Shown: positions 60,900 to 64,000 of the stretch, piece by piece
How the letters are laid out: each line of letters begins with the position of its first letter
How positions within the stretch are numbered: position 1 is the stretch's first letter
Assembly (NCBI GenBank): GCA_036785375.1
Contig: JAWMAR010000053.1
Location: 4,588,001-4,652,000, forward strand
DNA: 64,000 nucleotides
Origin: Leucoraja ocellata
Taxonomy: Eukaryota
Reading direction: 5' to 3'
Position numbers and translations under genes: made by a program
Notes under the pieces: model-generated
What the model saw: only the letters and a program-made list of their open reading frames with translations
Databases searched by the model: none
What the model was told of the DNA's origin: nothing

Positions 60900-61385
60900 T
60901 CAAAGGGAGGCGGAGAGAGAGAGGGAGAAGGGGAGAGAGGGAGAGTGAGGTGGGAGAGGGGGGAAGAGAGAGAGGGGGAGTGAGGGGAGAGTGGGGGAGA
61001 AAGAGAGGGGGGAGAAAGGAAGAAAGAGGCGGTGGACAGAGAGAGGGGAGGAGAGAAGGGGAGAGAGAGGGGTGGTAAAAGAGAGAGGAGGGAGAGGGGG
61101 CAAAGAAAGAGACAGGAGATAGAGAGGGGAGGGTAGAGGGAGAGAGGGTAGAGAGAGCAAGGGGGAGAGTGAGGTGGGAGGGCGAAATGGGGGGGAGAGA
61201 GTGTGTGGAGAGAGAGCGTGTGGAGAGAGAGCAAGAGAGATGGAGAAGGAGGGAGAGAGGGGGGGAAGAGAGGGAGACAGAGGGGGAGAGACAGTTAGGG
61301 GAAATGGAGAGGAGAGTTAGAGGAAAGAGAGGGGGAGAGATGAAAGAGGAGGCGAGAGGGGATGGGAGGAGAGAGAACAGAAGAA
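60900..61385. repeat. GA-rich polypurine low-complexity tract
   Basis: About 480 nt almost entirely G/A on the + strand. Confidence 0.95.
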
Positions 61386-61789
61386 CAAATGTCTCACGCT
61401 CTGTCGTGAGAAAATAATATCAACTGCATGGGCCACGGAAGTTGGAAGCAGAAGCAGCAACGGGGACAGGTGCGGTGCGGGGATGGCGAGTGTTTGCTGG
61501 GCTGGCGAGTCGCTCACTGCAACTCCGGCCATGGATCAGCCTCAGTGCAAGAGACCCGGGCCATCAGAAGCATTGGAAGCGTTGCACCGCTGCCCTGAGA
61601 GTCTCTGTGCCAAATTTGCCCGGGTGACCAGTATGGATCAGGCTGCGGCTCGGTGCATCCTGGAGGACAACCAATGGCTGCTGGAAGTAAGTACCAAGCA
61701 CTGGGTAGAAACGGTGGAAGATAGTGGACTTCAAATGGGGGTGGTTGGAGAAAGCATCCTGCTTGCCTGCTAGATTTTCACTTACGGTA

Positions 61790-62128
61790 ACTGCAGAAAA
61801 AATGTTCCCAATGTTGGGGGAGTTCAGAACCAGGGGTCACAGTTTAAGAATAAAGGGTAGGCCAGTTAGGACTGAGATGAGGGCAAACTTTCTTCACGCG
61901 GAGAGTTGTGAATCTGTGGAATTCTCTGCCACAGAAGGCAGTGCAGGCCAATTCACTGGATGTTTTTAAGAGAGAGTTACATTTAGTTCTTGGGGCTAAT
62001 GAAATCACGGTGAAAAAAACGGAAAGAGGTTCTGATTTTAGATGAATAGCCATGATCATATTGAATGGCAGTGCTGGCTCGAAGGGCCGAATGGCCTATT
62101 CCTGCACTTATTTGCTATGTTTCTATGC
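61790..62128 (+). mobile_element. CR1 LINE 3' fragment (same family as 5355-6999)
   Basis: MFPMLGEFRTRGHSLRIKGR; tail ctatgtttctatg. Confidence 0.9.
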
Positions 62129-62199
62129 TTGAGTGTATGGCAATAAAACTCAATCACTTGATTTTGAAACATTCATGCATGGTGGAGGTATAATGTAGC

Positions 62200-62425
62200 C
62201 ATAGTGATACAGTGTGAAAACAGGCCCTTCGGCACAACTTGCCCACACCCGCCAACATGTCCCAGCTACGCTACCTGCTTTTGGTCCATACCTCCAAACC
62301 TGCCCTATCCATGTATCAGTCTAACTGTTTCTTAAATGTTGGGATGGTCCCTGCCTCAACTACCTCCTCTGGCAGCTTGTTCCATACACCCATCACCCTT
62401 TGTGTGGAAAAAATGACCCCTTAAA
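62200..62425 (-). mobile_element. CR1 LINE 3' fragment, antisense
   Basis: Reverse strand reads FFHTKGDGCMEQ/LPEEVVEAG-like C-terminus, then a gaagggcctgttt 3'UTR. Confidence 0.8.
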
Positions 62426-62924
62426 AAGTTACCTCTTAAAAATAATTAATACAAAAAACATTGAAATCATACTTCTATAATGCACTAACACATGATTTTA
62501 ATACATCAAATTTCAAAACGACCCTACCCTGGGAGGAGGGACACCCACTTCCACACCCTCTCCCCACTCGGTTGCTCCACTCCCTCACTGGGTACACCCC
62601 AAGCCAGTGATCAGTGATCGCTCAGCCTCCCCACTTTCAAAAATGTTCCGTGGTCCGTGGTTCAGACGGAGAACACTGCCCGATGTGAGCGGGGAACTGA
62701 GGCCAGTTGTCCATGATGTCTGGATCCCAATGCTCAGCGCTTCATGTTTCAGAGTTGGCTAATGTTTTTGATTTGTAATTAGCCTGATTTGTAATTAGTT
62801 GACAAAACCTTAATTTATTAATCTGGAATATCCAGGGGGATGGGATAAGTGAAATATTAAAATGACATGCAAGGTGTCAGGCTGTCTGTCACAACATACA
62901 GCCACGATAACCCATTATCGGCTT

Positions 62925-64000
62925 AAGGGCTTAATTAGGAAAGTGGAAAATAGATTATGAAAGAAAACTGGCAGGGAACATAAAAACTGACTGCAAAAGT
63001 TTTTATAGAAATGTGAAGAGAAAAAGATTAGTTAAAACAAATGTAGGTCCCATGCAGTCAAAAACAGGTGAATTGATCATGTTGAACAAAGACATGGCAG
63101 ACCAATTGAATAACTCCTTTTGTTCTGTCTTCACTAAGGAAGACATAAATAATCTGCCAGAAATAGCAGGGGACCGGGGGTCAAATGAGATGGAGGAACT
63201 GAGTGAAATCCAGGTTAGCCAGGAAGTGGTGTTGGGTAAATTGAATGGATTAAAGGCCGGATAGGCTGCATCCCAGAGTACTTAAGGAAGTAGCCGCAGA
63301 AATAGTGGATGCATTAGTGATAATTTTTCAAAACTCTTTAGATTCTGGAGTAGTTTCTGAGGATTGGAGGGTAGCTAATGTAACCCCACTTTTTAAAAAG
63401 GGAGGGAGAGAGAAAACGGGGAATTACGGACCAGTTAGTCTAACATCGGTAGTGGGGAAACTGCTAGTCAGTTATTAAAGATGGGATAGCAGCACATTTG
63501 GAAAGTGGTGAAATCATTGGGCAAAGTCAGCATGGATTTATGAAAGGTAAATCATGTCTGACGAATCTTATAGAATTTTTCGAGGATGTAACTAGTAGAG
63601 TGGATAAGGGAGAACCAGTGGATGTGTTATATCTGGACTTTCAGAAGGCTTTCGACAAGGTCCCACATAAGAGATTAGTATACAAACTTAAAGCACACGG
63701 TATTAGGGGTTCACTATTGATGTGGATAGAGAACTGGCTGGCAGACAGGAAATCAAGAGTAGGAGTAAACGTGTCCTTTTCACAATGGCAGGCAGTGACT
63801 AGTGGGGTACCGCAAGGCTCAGTGCTGGGACCCCAGCTATTTACAATATATATTAATGATTTGGATGAGGGAATTGAATGCAACATCTCCAAGTTTGTGG
63901 ATGACAAGAAGCTGGGGGGCAGTGTTAGCTGTGTGGAGGATGCTAGGAGGCTGCAAGGTGACTTGGATAGGCTGGGTGAGTGGGAAAATGCATGGCAGAT
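62925..64000 (+). mobile_element. Disrupted CR1 LINE ORF2 running off the window end
   Basis: SFYRNVKRK, FCSVFTKED, NYGPVSLTS, YLDFQKAFDKVPH, GVPQGSVLGP and FVDD motifs with frameshifts. Confidence 0.95.

Larger units (their letters stand above)
59809..62759. mobile_element. Putative composite non-autonomous hAT (Tip100-like) DNA transposon
   Basis: Left end cagggctgccaactct with subterminal ctcacgct repeats; partial inverted end agagttggc at 62751-62759; no transposase. Confidence 0.55.

Noticed and set aside
59892-60903. 313-aa and 323-aa repetitive minus-strand ORFs
   Set aside because: Stop-free translation of the 19-bp minisatellite, with no sign of a real gene.
60716-61532. Arg/Glu/Gly- and Ser/Leu/Pro-rich ORFs
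   Set aside because: Artefacts of the GA-rich low-complexity tract.

Overview
Eukaryotic, not microbial. This window is the 3' part of a vertebrate titin gene (TTN, + strand). I count 52 coding exons from 117 to the stop at 58350-58352, about 42.7 kb of spliced CDS (about 14,230 codons). They run from A-band Fn3 domain A47 (C-zone super-repeat 1) through C2-C11, the P-zone, titin kinase and the M-band to M10 (...IRSI*), followed by a ~1 kb 3'UTR and a repeat-rich downstream region. The repeat landscape (CR1 LINEs, a Penelope GIY-YIG fragment, hAT/Harbinger-like elements) points to a cartilaginous fish, probably a skate or ray (inference). Exon sizes follow human exons 310-363 as I recall them, including a 17,106-nt giant exon. 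The main deviation is in the M-band: one 5,876-nt exon spans human Mex1-Mex3 and lacks Ig domain M7 and most of is5/is6. Other points of note: further-degenerated pseudokinase motifs (including Y170->A), fewer KSP repeats, a decayed hammerhead ribozyme just upstream of the kinase exon, an antisense LINE abutting the Mex4 donor, an unexplained structured intronic segment, and a 19-bp minisatellite beside its unexpanded paralogue. Domain/exon numbering and human comparisons are from memory and need an alignment to confirm. I see no wholly new multi-gene system.
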